Shown here piece by piece: positions 46,561 through 55,200 of a DNA stretch of 64,000 nt. The first letter of the stretch is position 1. Each line of letters begins with the position of its first letter. Source of the DNA: a virus; IMG/VR virus record IMGVR_UViG_3300035703_000041, positions 31,225-95,224 of that record; one strand, 5' to 3'. The notes beneath the pieces were generated by a model. It searched no databases. It had not been told where the DNA came from and worked only from the letters and a program-made list of their open reading frames with translations. Both the position numbers and the translations under genes were made by a program.

Positions 46561-47029
46561 AACTGTAATGCCAAACAAGTTTTGGATATTAGAAAACAAT
46601 GCAGGTGTGCGTCAAGGTACACTCAGTATCCAAAACAAAAAAGCAAAAGTAGTCCTCGATAATGTTGAAAAAACATATGAGGATGTTAATCAAGCATGTT
46701 GGGATCTTGCAATTAATCTGGATAATGAATCCCCAACTGAAGTAAAAGAAGAAAAGGAAGATGCAGTACTTGGTTATCCAACTAAGTGCGCTGCTTTTAA
46801 CCCAATTTGGGATATCAAACGTAAAATTCCAGTCTTTACTAAAACAGCAAAAAGCAAAACTCTACATGCGGCTGGATATTATATTGTTGAGTTTGAAACT
46901 GGATGGGTCCCAAGCTTTTGTCCAAAAGTATCAACATTAGACTTAAATCAATTTCAAGGTCCCTACAAGGATAAACTTGAAATGCGAGCACAATTAAGGA
47001 AAGCAGTAAATGACAATGCCTTCGACTAA
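46547..47029 (+). CDS. hypothetical protein
   Basis: GGAG SD; AAGYY...FCPK. Confidence 0.75.
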   Translation: MLKAKTVMPNKFWILENNAGVRQGTLSIQNKKAKVVLDNVEKTYEDVNQACWDLAINLDNESPTEVKEEKEDAVLGYPTKCAAFNPIWDIKRKIPVFTKTAKSKTLHAAGYYIVEFETGWVPSFCPKVSTLDLNQFQGPYKDKLEMRAQLRKAVNDNAFD

Positions 47030-47216
47030 CGCTATTCGTAACTTTGCTGACCGTGTGCGTGGATTAGCTGGACATAATAAAGAGATTACGCTAAATGCTG
47101 CGGAAGCACGTAACTTAAATCACGAAATCCAACAGCTATTAGCACGGTTAGTTGAGCTGCAAGATCAAATGGAAACGGGTAAAATCCAAGTGGAACTTTC
47201 TTCCAATAAGTTCTAA
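47016..47216 (+). CDS. small coiled-coil hypothetical protein
   Basis: ORF in operon; start at 47010 or 47016. Confidence 0.65.
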   Translation: MPSTNAIRNFADRVRGLAGHNKEITLNAAEARNLNHEIQQLLARLVELQDQMETGKIQVELSSNKF

Positions 47217-47258
47217 TTGGGATAAATAACTGTGTATATAATTAGAAAGCACAGTTCA

Positions 47259-47561
47259 ATGAGTAGACCAAAACCAAATGTATTGTTAGAGTTCACAGAT
47301 AAAAACACTTATAAAAGTGAGCAAGTTTTAGCCAGCGAAGGCATCTGGGCAGTTTACTATCAAAACAAACCAATTAATCTAAAAAGTTTTAATAGCTTAG
47401 TTGGGTATCCAGGACCCAAGTATAAGAAAGTGTCATTTTCTAATCAAGGCCATGCAATCAATTTAGCTAAAAAACTAAACAAACTTTTTAAAACTGAAGA
47501 ATTTTCCGTTGTATTATTGACAGCCGGCAAACAGATATTTCCAAATGGATCTGAAGCGTAA
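47259..47561 (+). CDS. hypothetical protein
   Basis: MSRPKP...GPKYKKVSFSN.GHA; TAAATA at 47223. Confidence 0.75.
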   Translation: MSRPKPNVLLEFTDKNTYKSEQVLASEGIWAVYYQNKPINLKSFNSLVGYPGPKYKKVSFSNQGHAINLAKKLNKLFKTEEFSVVLLTAGKQIFPNGSEA

Positions 47562-47907
47562 GTTAGCTTTTGACGTTTGCTCATATTTAGGATTAACAGA
47601 TAATAGTTTTGACTCTGTATATCTAAATATGTGGCGTAATATAAGGGAAGATGGCGGTTATCGTTTAACTGAACGTGGACACGAATGGTTGAATGAACTT
47701 GGGTTGAAGTGTCACACGATCAAATTGGATTATGATTCTCACAAAACAAACGTAACAACTGGCAACATCTTACTTGGATTAGACCGCCATTTGAAGGCGC
47801 CATATTTTCTAAAAGGTGGAAAGCTTAGTATTTTTGATGATAGTATCAGCACACAATTGTTGCTGTATGGCGGGGATATCAAAGCTTATATTGAAGCTAA
47901 CAGTTAG
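47545..47907 (+). CDS. hypothetical protein
   Basis: GGYRLTERG; ends in TAG. Confidence 0.7.
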   Translation: MDLKRKLAFDVCSYLGLTDNSFDSVYLNMWRNIREDGGYRLTERGHEWLNELGLKCHTIKLDYDSHKTNVTTGNILLGLDRHLKAPYFLKGGKLSIFDDSISTQLLLYGGDIKAYIEANS

Positions 47908-48524
47908 TGTAAGCTTGGGTTATATATTGGATCTATAATTACACCAGTATCACCTCTAAACAAGAAATTTCCAAAATGCAAATCTAGCTGATCTCCTTTT
48001 CCTCTTATCTTGTTAATTTTCATAAGTGTATCATAAAGAAGTGGGTCTACTTTTTTAAGTCTTATAGCTCTATTTTTGATAGTAGCTGGAGAGTAAATGT
48101 CCTCAACTGCATCTTTAAACATTTTATGTTTTGGATTATCTCGGTTGATATAATCAAGTTTTTCTAAACGAACAACATAAACACCCTTTGCTATTTTAAT
48201 ATACTTTCCTTTAATTTTTGGAAGATATGGATTACCTTGATTAGCTCTAACAAATTCAAAGAACTTAAAATATGATGGATCATTATAGAAAAGCTTAAAC
48301 ACCCAAGGGTACTGAGGATGAGTAAATGTTGCACCAAACGAACCTTGGCCTAATTCCTTAAACCCTTTTTTCTTTAGATATTTAGAAAAGGTAATTAATG
48401 CATTGTTACGTCCATAATTCCATTCTGTGCCTAATTCATCCCTAGAACCAACTGGAGGAAACTTTTTTTTAGCTTTCTTATAGATTAGATTGCTTTTGTA
48501 TGGGGTAAGTTCACTAATTTTCAT
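47904..48524 (-). CDS. protein-kinase-like protein with MKISEL leader
   Basis: LGQGSFG glycine loop, VFK lysine, DLHFGN catalytic loop, IIDP; TAAATA 7 nt upstream on the minus strand. Confidence 0.8.
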   Translation of the reverse strand: MKISELTPYKSNLIYKKAKKKFPPVGSRDELGTEWNYGRNNALITFSKYLKKKGFKELGQGSFGATFTHPQYPWVFKLFYNDPSYFKFFEFVRANQGNPYLPKIKGKYIKIAKGVYVVRLEKLDYINRDNPKHKMFKDAVEDIYSPATIKNRAIRLKKVDPLLYDTLMKINKIRGKGDQLDLHFGNFLFRGDTGVIIDPIYNPSLH

Positions 48525-48581
48525 AACCAATTATTTATTTGTTTTCTTAGTTTCATGTTGCTATAATGACAATATTAAACA

Positions 48582-48657
48582 GCCTGGTTAGCTCAGTGGC
48601 AGAGCGGAAGACTCTAAATCTTCGCCAGCGTGGGTTCAATCCCCACACCGGGCACCA
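48582..48657 (+). tRNA. amber suppressor tRNA, anticodon CUA
   Basis: Cloverleaf: GCCTGGT/ACCGGGC acceptor, GCTC/GAGC D arm, GAAGA-CT-CTA-AA-TCTTC anticodon arm, GTGGG-TTCAATC-CCCAC T arm, encoded ACCA; TGCTATAAT upstream. Confidence 0.93.
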
Positions 48658-48672
48658 ATTTTTAGGATTGAT

Positions 48673-48825
48673 ATGTACGATAAACGTTCACAATTTAAAT
48701 ATGACCTTGAACGCACACTGTATGCGCTCAAACATGATATTAAAAATGTTCCAACAACAAGTAATCAACGTATCATACAATTATTAGAATATTCAAAGGA
48801 AAACAATGCACAGCGTAAAGATTAG
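48673..48825 (+). CDS. small hypothetical protein (50 aa, not in ORF track)
   Basis: AGGA SD; MYDKRSQFKYDLERTLYALKHD...; ends TAG ACG TAA. Confidence 0.5.
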   Translation: MYDKRSQFKYDLERTLYALKHDIKNVPTTSNQRIIQLLEYSKENNAQRKD

Positions 48826-49165
48826 ACGTAACGAACTATTAGAAATTGTTCGTGGAAACAAAGAAAAGCATATTAAGGAATTCAACGAAGCAGTTGAAGA
48901 TTTCAAGAGAGCTGTAATTAAAATTAGCGAAGAAAACCTAGCACTAGCTAATAGTGGTGATCTTAAAGAAATCGCTAAGATTAAGTCTGTTCCACAAAAG
49001 CCAATTAGTTATGAATCAAGCTACACACGAGCAATTCGTATGCTTGAACTAAGTGTTGAAACTGAGATTGAACTTGAGCTTCATGATTTTGATCAGCTAG
49101 TACAAGATGAGTGGCAGTGGAAGCAATCGTTCACAACATCAAACAGCACATATAAGAGCTTCTAA
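48806..49165 (+). CDS. hypothetical protein
   Basis: AAGGA SD; YTRAIRMLE...FDQLVQDEWQW. Confidence 0.75.
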   Translation: MHSVKIRRNELLEIVRGNKEKHIKEFNEAVEDFKRAVIKISEENLALANSGDLKEIAKIKSVPQKPISYESSYTRAIRMLELSVETEIELELHDFDQLVQDEWQWKQSFTTSNSTYKSF

Positions 49166-49169
49166 AGAA

Positions 49170-49362
49170 TGCGCCTGCCTCCTATACCCACAGGCCCAGT
49201 CGCGAGGGTAGGTAACGTTGTGGTGATATTGCATCTACTGCGGAGGACTAGGGGTGGAGATCAAACCCTCACGTAGGTGGGAAGCCTACAACTAAATAGA
49301 AATGTGAACGCGGTGTTCACATCCAACAGAGTTTAAATTTGGGTACTTACTCTGTGTACCGT
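49170..49362 (+). ncRNA. unassigned GC-rich structured intergenic RNA
   Basis: About 200 nt without a long ORF, with multiple complementary segments (see findings). Confidence 0.5.
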
Positions 49363-49377
49363 TAAAAAGGAAACAAA

Positions 49378-50184
49378 ATGATGTATAACGCAGGCTTCGC
49401 TGTAGCCATAAAAAATAACGGCAAAGTTCTCAGAGAATTTAACAAAGACACAGTATTCCTACCATTTGGTAGCGAGTATACAATACTTGTTAAGAACCTC
49501 AACACAAAGCGAGCAATAGTAAACATTACTATTGATGGTCAAAACATGACTAAAGATGGATTAGTTGTTAATGCTGGTAGCGAAGTTGAACTTGAACGTA
49601 AGATTACTGACAACCTATCAAAAGGCAATAAGTTTAAGTTTATTGAACGCACTTCTCAAATTGAACAACATCGTGGCGTAAAGCTTGAAGATGGTGTTAT
49701 ACGTATTGAATATCAGTACGAAAAAATCTACCATTATCAACCACTCTACTATGTCGCACCAAATGTTTGGTATGGCGGTGGTTCAACTTGGAATGACATA
49801 GTTGTTGGCGGTACAACAACCTCAACTAATTCAGTTCTACGTAGTGCAGCTATCAATAGCATACAATGTTCTGCAACATCAAGCATGAGCGAACATCCTG
49901 GTGTAGCTTGTAGCGACTTTGTGCAACAAGGGTTTAACGATGCAGGCATTACTGTGCCTGGTAGTGAAAGCAATCAGAAGTTTAACACTGTTTCAAGTTT
50001 CCCGTTGGAATACGAGAAGCATGTAATGATCCTTAAGTTGGTTGGTGAAACGCCAGATAACGAACCTATCCGTAAACCTGTTACTGTTAAGGCAAAACCA
50101 AAGTGTGTAACGTGCGGCAAGCAAAACAAAGCACACGCTAAGTTTTGTAGCCATTGCGGCACTGCACTTACAGTAATCGCATAA
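49378..50184 (+). CDS. hypothetical protein with C-terminal zinc ribbon
   Basis: CVTCG...FCSHCG. Confidence 0.8.
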   Translation: MMYNAGFAVAIKNNGKVLREFNKDTVFLPFGSEYTILVKNLNTKRAIVNITIDGQNMTKDGLVVNAGSEVELERKITDNLSKGNKFKFIERTSQIEQHRGVKLEDGVIRIEYQYEKIYHYQPLYYVAPNVWYGGGSTWNDIVVGGTTTSTNSVLRSAAINSIQCSATSSMSEHPGVACSDFVQQGFNDAGITVPGSESNQKFNTVSSFPLEYEKHVMILKLVGETPDNEPIRKPVTVKAKPKCVTCGKQNKAHAKFCSHCGTALTVIA

Positions 50185-50244
50185 TAAATTGCTCTTAAAT
50201 AGTGTTGGTGCTTTAATAGCATCAACACTATCAATAAGGAAATT

Positions 50245-50421
50245 ATGATGAGTGATAAAAAGATGGTCAAGCTTAATGTAGAAGGCATTAATGCTGAGAT
50301 TGAAGAAGATCTAATACAAGATGCAATGGCAATTCATGGTATTGACATTGTTAAAGAAATGACCGAAGTATTACAAAAAGAAACCGCTATTGAAAAGGAA
50401 AGAACAAATGAGCTAGGTTGA
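50245..50421 (+). CDS. small protein resembling a fragment of a gp23-type major capsid protein (not in ORF track)
   Basis: TAAGGA SD; LIQDAMAIHGIDIVKEM. Confidence 0.55.
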   Translation: MMSDKKMVKLNVEGINAEIEEDLIQDAMAIHGIDIVKEMTEVLQKETAIEKERTNELG

Positions 50422-50977
50422 AATTGGTTGTCGTGAATTAGTATTTCACTTCAACAAAAAGCATTTAGAAGATCCCACAATACCTATGTGGGTAGTAAAG
50501 ACAAAAGGCGAAAGTTACTACGTACACCACGTAGACTGTACAGTTCCTTGGAGCACAAAGGAAACGCCAAATAACTCGCACACCAAAGGCAGCATTAAGG
50601 TAAAGAACTGTCTACTCGTTATTGACGAGGAAAACTGTGCTACAATACAAAAACTAACATCCTCAGACTTATTGCGTTTAAAGAAGAAGAACAGCGTTCG
50701 TGTCATCACACATTTTGGCACAGAGTTGCGTTCTGCTTTACACAATATCAAGCATGGCGACATAAAGATGTTTTATGGTTCATGCAGCACCACATATTAC
50801 GTAGTTGATCTTTTCAGTAAAGATGATTTACCAATGTTGCTGTTGGGTTGGCCTAAGCCCCATAACGCTATACGTGTATTAATGCCCAATGAGGAATACT
50901 ATAAGTTGTACGATTCTACAACTAAAGATAGTATTAATATTGATGAAGAGGATTGGGCAGATCTATATGAGGACTAA
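50408..50977 (+). CDS. hypothetical protein interrupted by an in-frame TAG at codon 3 (amber readthrough candidate)
   Basis: AAGGA SD, then ATG AGC TAG GTT GAA ATT..., open and in frame with the ORF-track start at 50486. Confidence 0.7.
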
Positions 50978-51027
50978 GTCCTTGTTTTCATTACGGAATC
51001 TTTTTTGCGAATTTGAGCACTTTTTGG

Positions 51028-51055
51028 TTGACGTTTCCTAGTTTGGCACTATTAT
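51028..51055 (+). promoter_or_regulatory. sigma70-type early promoter
   Basis: TTGACG-16-TATTAT with upstream T-tracts; ATG at 51062. Confidence 0.65.
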
Positions 51056-51061
51056 GTGAAT

Positions 51062-51397
51062 ATGGAACAAAAGAAGCGCAAGCGTAGGACTGACCGCAAC
51101 CATGCAATTTACAAAATTGTAGTGGGCAAGGAGTTTTACATTGGCGTGACCGTTGTTGACAGCGGCAAAAAGGCAGAGGTTAGTGTTAACCGCCGCTTTG
51201 TTAAGCATTGGAGCCGGCGCAACGATGCTGACCGTTGGGCTTGGAAAATTTATGAGGCTCTTCGCCGCGTTGAGCGTGAAACCGTTAAGCTTGAAGTAAT
51301 CGAGGTTGTGCGCGGCAAGGCTGCTGCCCACGAGCGTGAACGTGAAATTATCAAGCGCAAGAAGCCCACCCTTAACAGCGATGTGCGAGGAGCATAA
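51062..51397 (+). CDS. GIY-YIG nuclease-like protein
   Basis: AIYKI...FYIGVT...RF.KH...ERE.I...LN. Confidence 0.75.
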   Translation: MEQKKRKRRTDRNHAIYKIVVGKEFYIGVTVVDSGKKAEVSVNRRFVKHWSRRNDADRWAWKIYEALRRVERETVKLEVIEVVRGKAAAHEREREIIKRKKPTLNSDVRGA

Positions 51398-51398
51398 A

Positions 51399-51647
51399 AT
51401 GGGAACATATATTTACAAGACAAAGTCTGCATACAATCCAAATACGTTGGAGTTGACAATTACAGAAACAGATGAAGGTGGATATACAACTTTTCTTTTT
51501 GAGGGTTTCTACAACCTCAAAGAGGCAAACGCCTATGCTACTAAGTGGCAGGACAATTGGGAGTTTGGATACTTTGGGTCAGCATACGCAGAGGAAACAC
51601 CTAAAGGTCCAATTGTTCGTGCGCGGCGCCGAAATAGCTGCGATTAA
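51399..51647 (+). CDS. hypothetical protein
   Basis: GAGGAG SD; start moved to MGTYIY. Confidence 0.65.
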   Translation: MGTYIYKTKSAYNPNTLELTITETDEGGYTTFLFEGFYNLKEANAYATKWQDNWEFGYFGSAYAEETPKGPIVRARRRNSCD

Positions 51648-51699
51648 CAGTTGACATTATAAACGTAGGCTGTATAAGCAACATATGAGTGAGGGACAC

Positions 51700-51861
51700 A
51701 TGAACGATAAACTTGCTAAGGCAATAGAACTACTTGCAGAGGCAAACACACTCGTACAGGAAGTTTTTCCTGCAGATGATGAGTTGTATGACTTGCATTG
51801 TGCAATTGAAGATGTAATCTCAACAATTGAAGATATGGCTGGAGAAATTGAAAATGGCTAA
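51700..51861 (+). CDS. small acidic protein (53 aa, not in ORF track)
   Basis: TTGACA-16-TATAAG promoter at 51651; GAGGG SD; MNDKLAKAIELLAEANT... Confidence 0.6.
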   Translation: MNDKLAKAIELLAEANTLVQEVFPADDELYDLHCAIEDVISTIEDMAGEIENG

Positions 51862-52135
51862 CCTTTCCATTAACGAAGTAAATTCCGCTATTATGCATCA
51901 GGACTGGACAAACGACCAGCTTAACAGCATGGCAATGGCAGTTAAGTATGCGCGTGAGCGTCTTACCAAGCGTACCGTTTGGACACTTACTCTTGGTGCT
52001 GATGTTAAGTTTACCAACAGCCGCACTGGTCGCGTTCATGTTGGTAAGGTCACAAAGATTAACCGTAAGCGTGTTATTGTGCGTGAAGGTTTCACCAATT
52101 GGACTGTGCCCGCTGCAATGCTTAGTGCGGCGTAA
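51854..52135 (+). CDS. small protein with SH3/KOW-like C-terminal barrel
   Basis: GADVKF...GKVTKINRKRVIV...WTVPAAML; GGAG SD. Confidence 0.7.
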   Translation: MANLSINEVNSAIMHQDWTNDQLNSMAMAVKYARERLTKRTVWTLTLGADVKFTNSRTGRVHVGKVTKINRKRVIVREGFTNWTVPAAMLSAA

Positions 52136-52219
52136 GGTCCAATATAATCTATTGACATTGTCTGTAGATGTGTTAAAAGTGTAATTGTTAATTAGCTAAC
52201 TGATTGGGAGATACAAAAT

Positions 52220-53341
52220 ATGGCTAAGACTGATAAGAACGCTAATGCTATTAGCGAAGTACGTACCGTTACGTCTGCAGAAGCGCGTAACCTTATTAAG
52301 ATTGCCGCAGTGCGGCGTAAGCGTCCCATTTTCCTTTGGGGACCTCCGGGTATTGGTAAGTCCGAACTTGTTGCCGATATCGGTACTGAGATTGATGCGC
52401 TTGTAATTGACTTGCGTATGGCACTACTTGATCCAACTGACCTGCGTGGTATTGGTTTCTATAACCCCAACACCAACACAATGGATTGGGCGCCGCCTGT
52501 TGACCTTCCTACTGCGGAAATGGCAGCTAGGCACAAGTATGTCATTTTGTTCCTTGACGAAATGAACTCTGCTCCGCCTGCTGTACAGGCTGCTGCATAC
52601 CAGCTTATTCTTAACCGGCGTATTGGTCAGTATCGTCTGCCCGACAACGTGGTAATTATTGCTGCTGGTAACCGCGAGACTGACAAGGGTGTTACTTACC
52701 GTATGCCTGCTCCGCTTGCTAACCGTTTCGTTCACTTCGAGATGCGCGTTGACTTTGAAGCTTGGCACACTTGGGCAGTTACGCATAACGTTCACTCGGA
52801 CGTAATTGGTTATCTGTCCCAGCACAAGGGCGACCTGTTCGACTTTACTCCAACTAGTTCTTCTCGTTCGTTTGCTACTCCGCGTAGCTGGACGTTCGTT
52901 AGCGACATCCTGCAGGAGCAGATGTCAGACAAGGAAGTGACCGACGTTATTGCTGGTACCGTAGGCGAGGGCATTGCCCACAAGTTTATTGGTCACCGCA
53001 AGTTCTCTGGTCAGCTTCCAAAGGCTGAGGACGTAGTTGAAGGTAAGGTTAAGGACCTTAAGGTGCAGGAAATTTCCGCACATTACACCCTTATGATCAA
53101 TCTCTGCTACGAGCTTAAGGAGCGTTTCGAGAACAACTCCAAGAAGGCTGACGACAAGTGGCACTCTAACGTAGACAACATGCTGCGTTACATTATGGAC
53201 AACCTCAGTGCTGAGCTGACCATTATGGGTATGCGTACTGCGGTAATGACCTACCGTCTGCCAATTGCTGCTCAGAAGCTTAAGAACTGGGATGAGTTCA
53301 ACAAGAAGTACGGCAAGTACATTCTCGCCGCTGCTGAGTAA
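52220..53341 (+). CDS. MoxR-family AAA+ ATPase
   Basis: WGPPGIGKS, LFLDEMN, AAGNR, PAPLANRF, TPRSW; TTGACA at 52152. Confidence 0.92.
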   Translation: MAKTDKNANAISEVRTVTSAEARNLIKIAAVRRKRPIFLWGPPGIGKSELVADIGTEIDALVIDLRMALLDPTDLRGIGFYNPNTNTMDWAPPVDLPTAEMAARHKYVILFLDEMNSAPPAVQAAAYQLILNRRIGQYRLPDNVVIIAAGNRETDKGVTYRMPAPLANRFVHFEMRVDFEAWHTWAVTHNVHSDVIGYLSQHKGDLFDFTPTSSSRSFATPRSWTFVSDILQEQMSDKEVTDVIAGTVGEGIAHKFIGHRKFSGQLPKAEDVVEGKVKDLKVQEISAHYTLMINLCYELKERFENNSKKADDKWHSNVDNMLRYIMDNLSAELTIMGMRTAVMTYRLPIAAQKLKNWDEFNKKYGKYILAAAE

Positions 53342-53356
53342 GCATCCACAATAGTT

Positions 53357-53383
53357 GGAGCGGGGTACCCAATCCCCCGCTCC
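53357..53383 (+). terminator. GC-rich hairpin after the MoxR gene
   Basis: GGAGCGGGG / CCCCGCTCC; no U-tract. Confidence 0.5.
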
Positions 53384-53461
53384 TGGTAAGTTGTCCTTGG
53401 GAGGTTTGGGACGACAGTGGTGAGGCGATTGGTTGGGGCTATTCATCACAAGGTATTCATA

Positions 53462-53827
53462 ATGGCAAACAGGTATAAAAAAATTACTGATCCAGATGGG
53501 AATCACATAGATACCTTCTCTACTAGAGAACAAGCCTTTCTAGAAAAACTAGATGGTCGTAATCCACTTTACAAACATTATAAGTATCGTTTCACTGTTA
53601 GTGGCAAAGAGTTACCTTCTAAATTTTTAAATTGGATGGTAAACAACTTTGGTCCACCAACAAGTTATGGAATGGCTAAACATTATGTTAAATGTGGACA
53701 AGGTTTAGAAAATGTACCTTGGGTTCATTATAACGAAAGAAGTTATTGGAATCACCACCACATTTATTTCAATCAGGATTGCGAAGTATTAGTTCGTCTT
53801 AACTTCATGCAAGGCAGGACGTTTTGA
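53462..53827 (+). CDS. hypothetical protein (short paralog array)
   Basis: WMVNNFG...HIYFNQDCEVLVRL; start at ATG 53462 assumed. Confidence 0.65.
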   Translation: MANRYKKITDPDGNHIDTFSTREQAFLEKLDGRNPLYKHYKYRFTVSGKELPSKFLNWMVNNFGPPTSYGMAKHYVKCGQGLENVPWVHYNERSYWNHHHIYFNQDCEVLVRLNFMQGRTF

Positions 53828-54051
53828 GACTTGTCCTCAATAGTGATCTTTGGAATAAAATTTACTACACTTTAGGACGCGATGCACTTAACAGTCGTAC
53901 CGGCAGGTATGAAATGGAAAAGTGGTTTAAAGAAAATCACAACATAACAATCAACACATTTCCAGATGGTCGTTGGAAAAGTGTTGATATTGATGACGAA
54001 GACCTTGTAATGATAATGCTTAAAATAGGAGCACCACATGACGTTATTTGA
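53824..54051 (+). CDS. hypothetical protein (short paralog array)
   Basis: EKWFKE...DEDLVMIMLK. Confidence 0.65.
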   Translation: MRLVLNSDLWNKIYYTLGRDALNSRTGRYEMEKWFKENHNITINTFPDGRWKSVDIDDEDLVMIMLKIGAPHDVI

Positions 54052-54274
54052 AGATTTTGATATTTGGTGGAAGATGCCTAAGTATAAGGACGTTGAAATT
54101 CCTGCAAAGGAGTTTAGTGATGTTGAGATTAAACAGCGCAATGGATCCAACAAAGGATGGCCTGGTCCCGAGGATAATGTTCACTATTGGGTTGAACTTG
54201 AAAATGGCATGGCTGTTGGTATTATTACTCCAAAGAAGAAACCAGCTACGTTTCCATTTTATAGAATGGTGTAA
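54038..54274 (+). CDS. hypothetical protein
   Basis: AGGAG SD; WPGP..NVHYWVELENG. Confidence 0.65.
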   Translation: MTLFEDFDIWWKMPKYKDVEIPAKEFSDVEIKQRNGSNKGWPGPEDNVHYWVELENGMAVGIITPKKKPATFPFYRMV

Positions 54275-54738
54275 TGACAAACAACCACAGAGATAATCGT
54301 GGGGCTGGCACAGGAGTTATCCTTGCTGGCTCCAAACCATTTGCACGTGGTATTTGGGACGTTTACGAAACAACCAATAATCATATTGGATTATTTGAAC
54401 GTAGCTTTTGGTTACAAGGGAATGATAAATGGCCTAGCAACGTTGGTACCCGCAATATTTTAAGTGAAGCACTGGATGACTTTGCTCGGTTTGTTGATGA
54501 AAATTTCCAAGACAATTTGATAATGCTAGAATGGACTAATATTCGTGTTATGGGCGGTATCGGATCTATTGATGGTAAACAAATTGCTGGCTCAGTATAT
54601 TTAGAAGAAAAAGCAAGAAAAGCTAAAGGCATTGTTGACGCTTATGAAGATACCCCAAGAATAATGGGCTATGAACTACGAGTTAGCGAACGCGATGCGT
54701 TTACTTTTCTAACTTTATGGAAGGGTTATGATGGATGA
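54274..54738 (+). CDS. hypothetical protein (short paralog array)
   Basis: Ends ERDAFTFLTLWKG. Confidence 0.7.
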   Translation: MTNNHRDNRGAGTGVILAGSKPFARGIWDVYETTNNHIGLFERSFWLQGNDKWPSNVGTRNILSEALDDFARFVDENFQDNLIMLEWTNIRVMGGIGSIDGKQIAGSVYLEEKARKAKGIVDAYEDTPRIMGYELRVSERDAFTFLTLWKGYDG

Positions 54739-54982
54739 GTATATATCAACGGAAGATGAATTAAATCGAGTTTGGCGTAGATATTACATGCAACGATTCT
54801 ACGAAGAACCTACTCTATGGAATCTTAATTATGCTCAAATTGATCGCAGAGGGTATAAGGCACGTTGTTTTGAAGATTGGTTATATGATCAAGGCATTAG
54901 TGTAATTCAACGAAACAGAAAACGTTATATGCGATTTTTTGATCGCAACGAAGCAACAATGTTTATATTGACATACCTATGA
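54728..54982 (+). CDS. hypothetical protein (short paralog array)
   Basis: Ends FFDRNEATMFILTYL. Confidence 0.7.
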   Translation: MMDEYISTEDELNRVWRRYYMQRFYEEPTLWNLNYAQIDRRGYKARCFEDWLYDQGISVIQRNRKRYMRFFDRNEATMFILTYL

Positions 54983-55200
54983 CAGAAGACATGTCGTTAA
55001 ACGATTACCTTAAAGGTATTAAGCGTATGCATTGGCATATTGTTCGTGTACCATCTGGTAACAGTTATCATCTAATGGAAAGATGGCGAGAAGAAAATAA
55101 TTTTGGAGATTGTATATTCTTAGGAATGCATGGTGAGAACGTTACATACTTATTTGAAAGAGATCAGGACGCAGTTATGTTTGCGTTGAGGTGGGGATGA
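54979..55200 (+). CDS. hypothetical protein (short paralog array)
   Basis: Ends FERDQDAVMFALRWG. Confidence 0.7.
   Translation: MTEDMSLNDYLKGIKRMHWHIVRVPSGNSYHLMERWREENNFGDCIFLGMHGENVTYLFERDQDAVMFALRWG

Noticed and set aside
48658-48720. HDV-like (theta) ribozyme directly after the suppressor tRNA
   Set aside because: The downstream sequence is AT-rich, holds an SD and a small ORF, and shows no nested double-pseudoknot pairing; CCA is already encoded
48566-48787. 73-aa ORF in the ORF track
   Set aside because: It overlaps the tRNA cloverleaf entirely and is most likely spurious
52925-53533. 202-aa minus-strand ORF and the many other antisense ORFs in the track
   Set aside because: They shadow well-supported genes on the opposite strand, with no SD, promoter or recognisable motif
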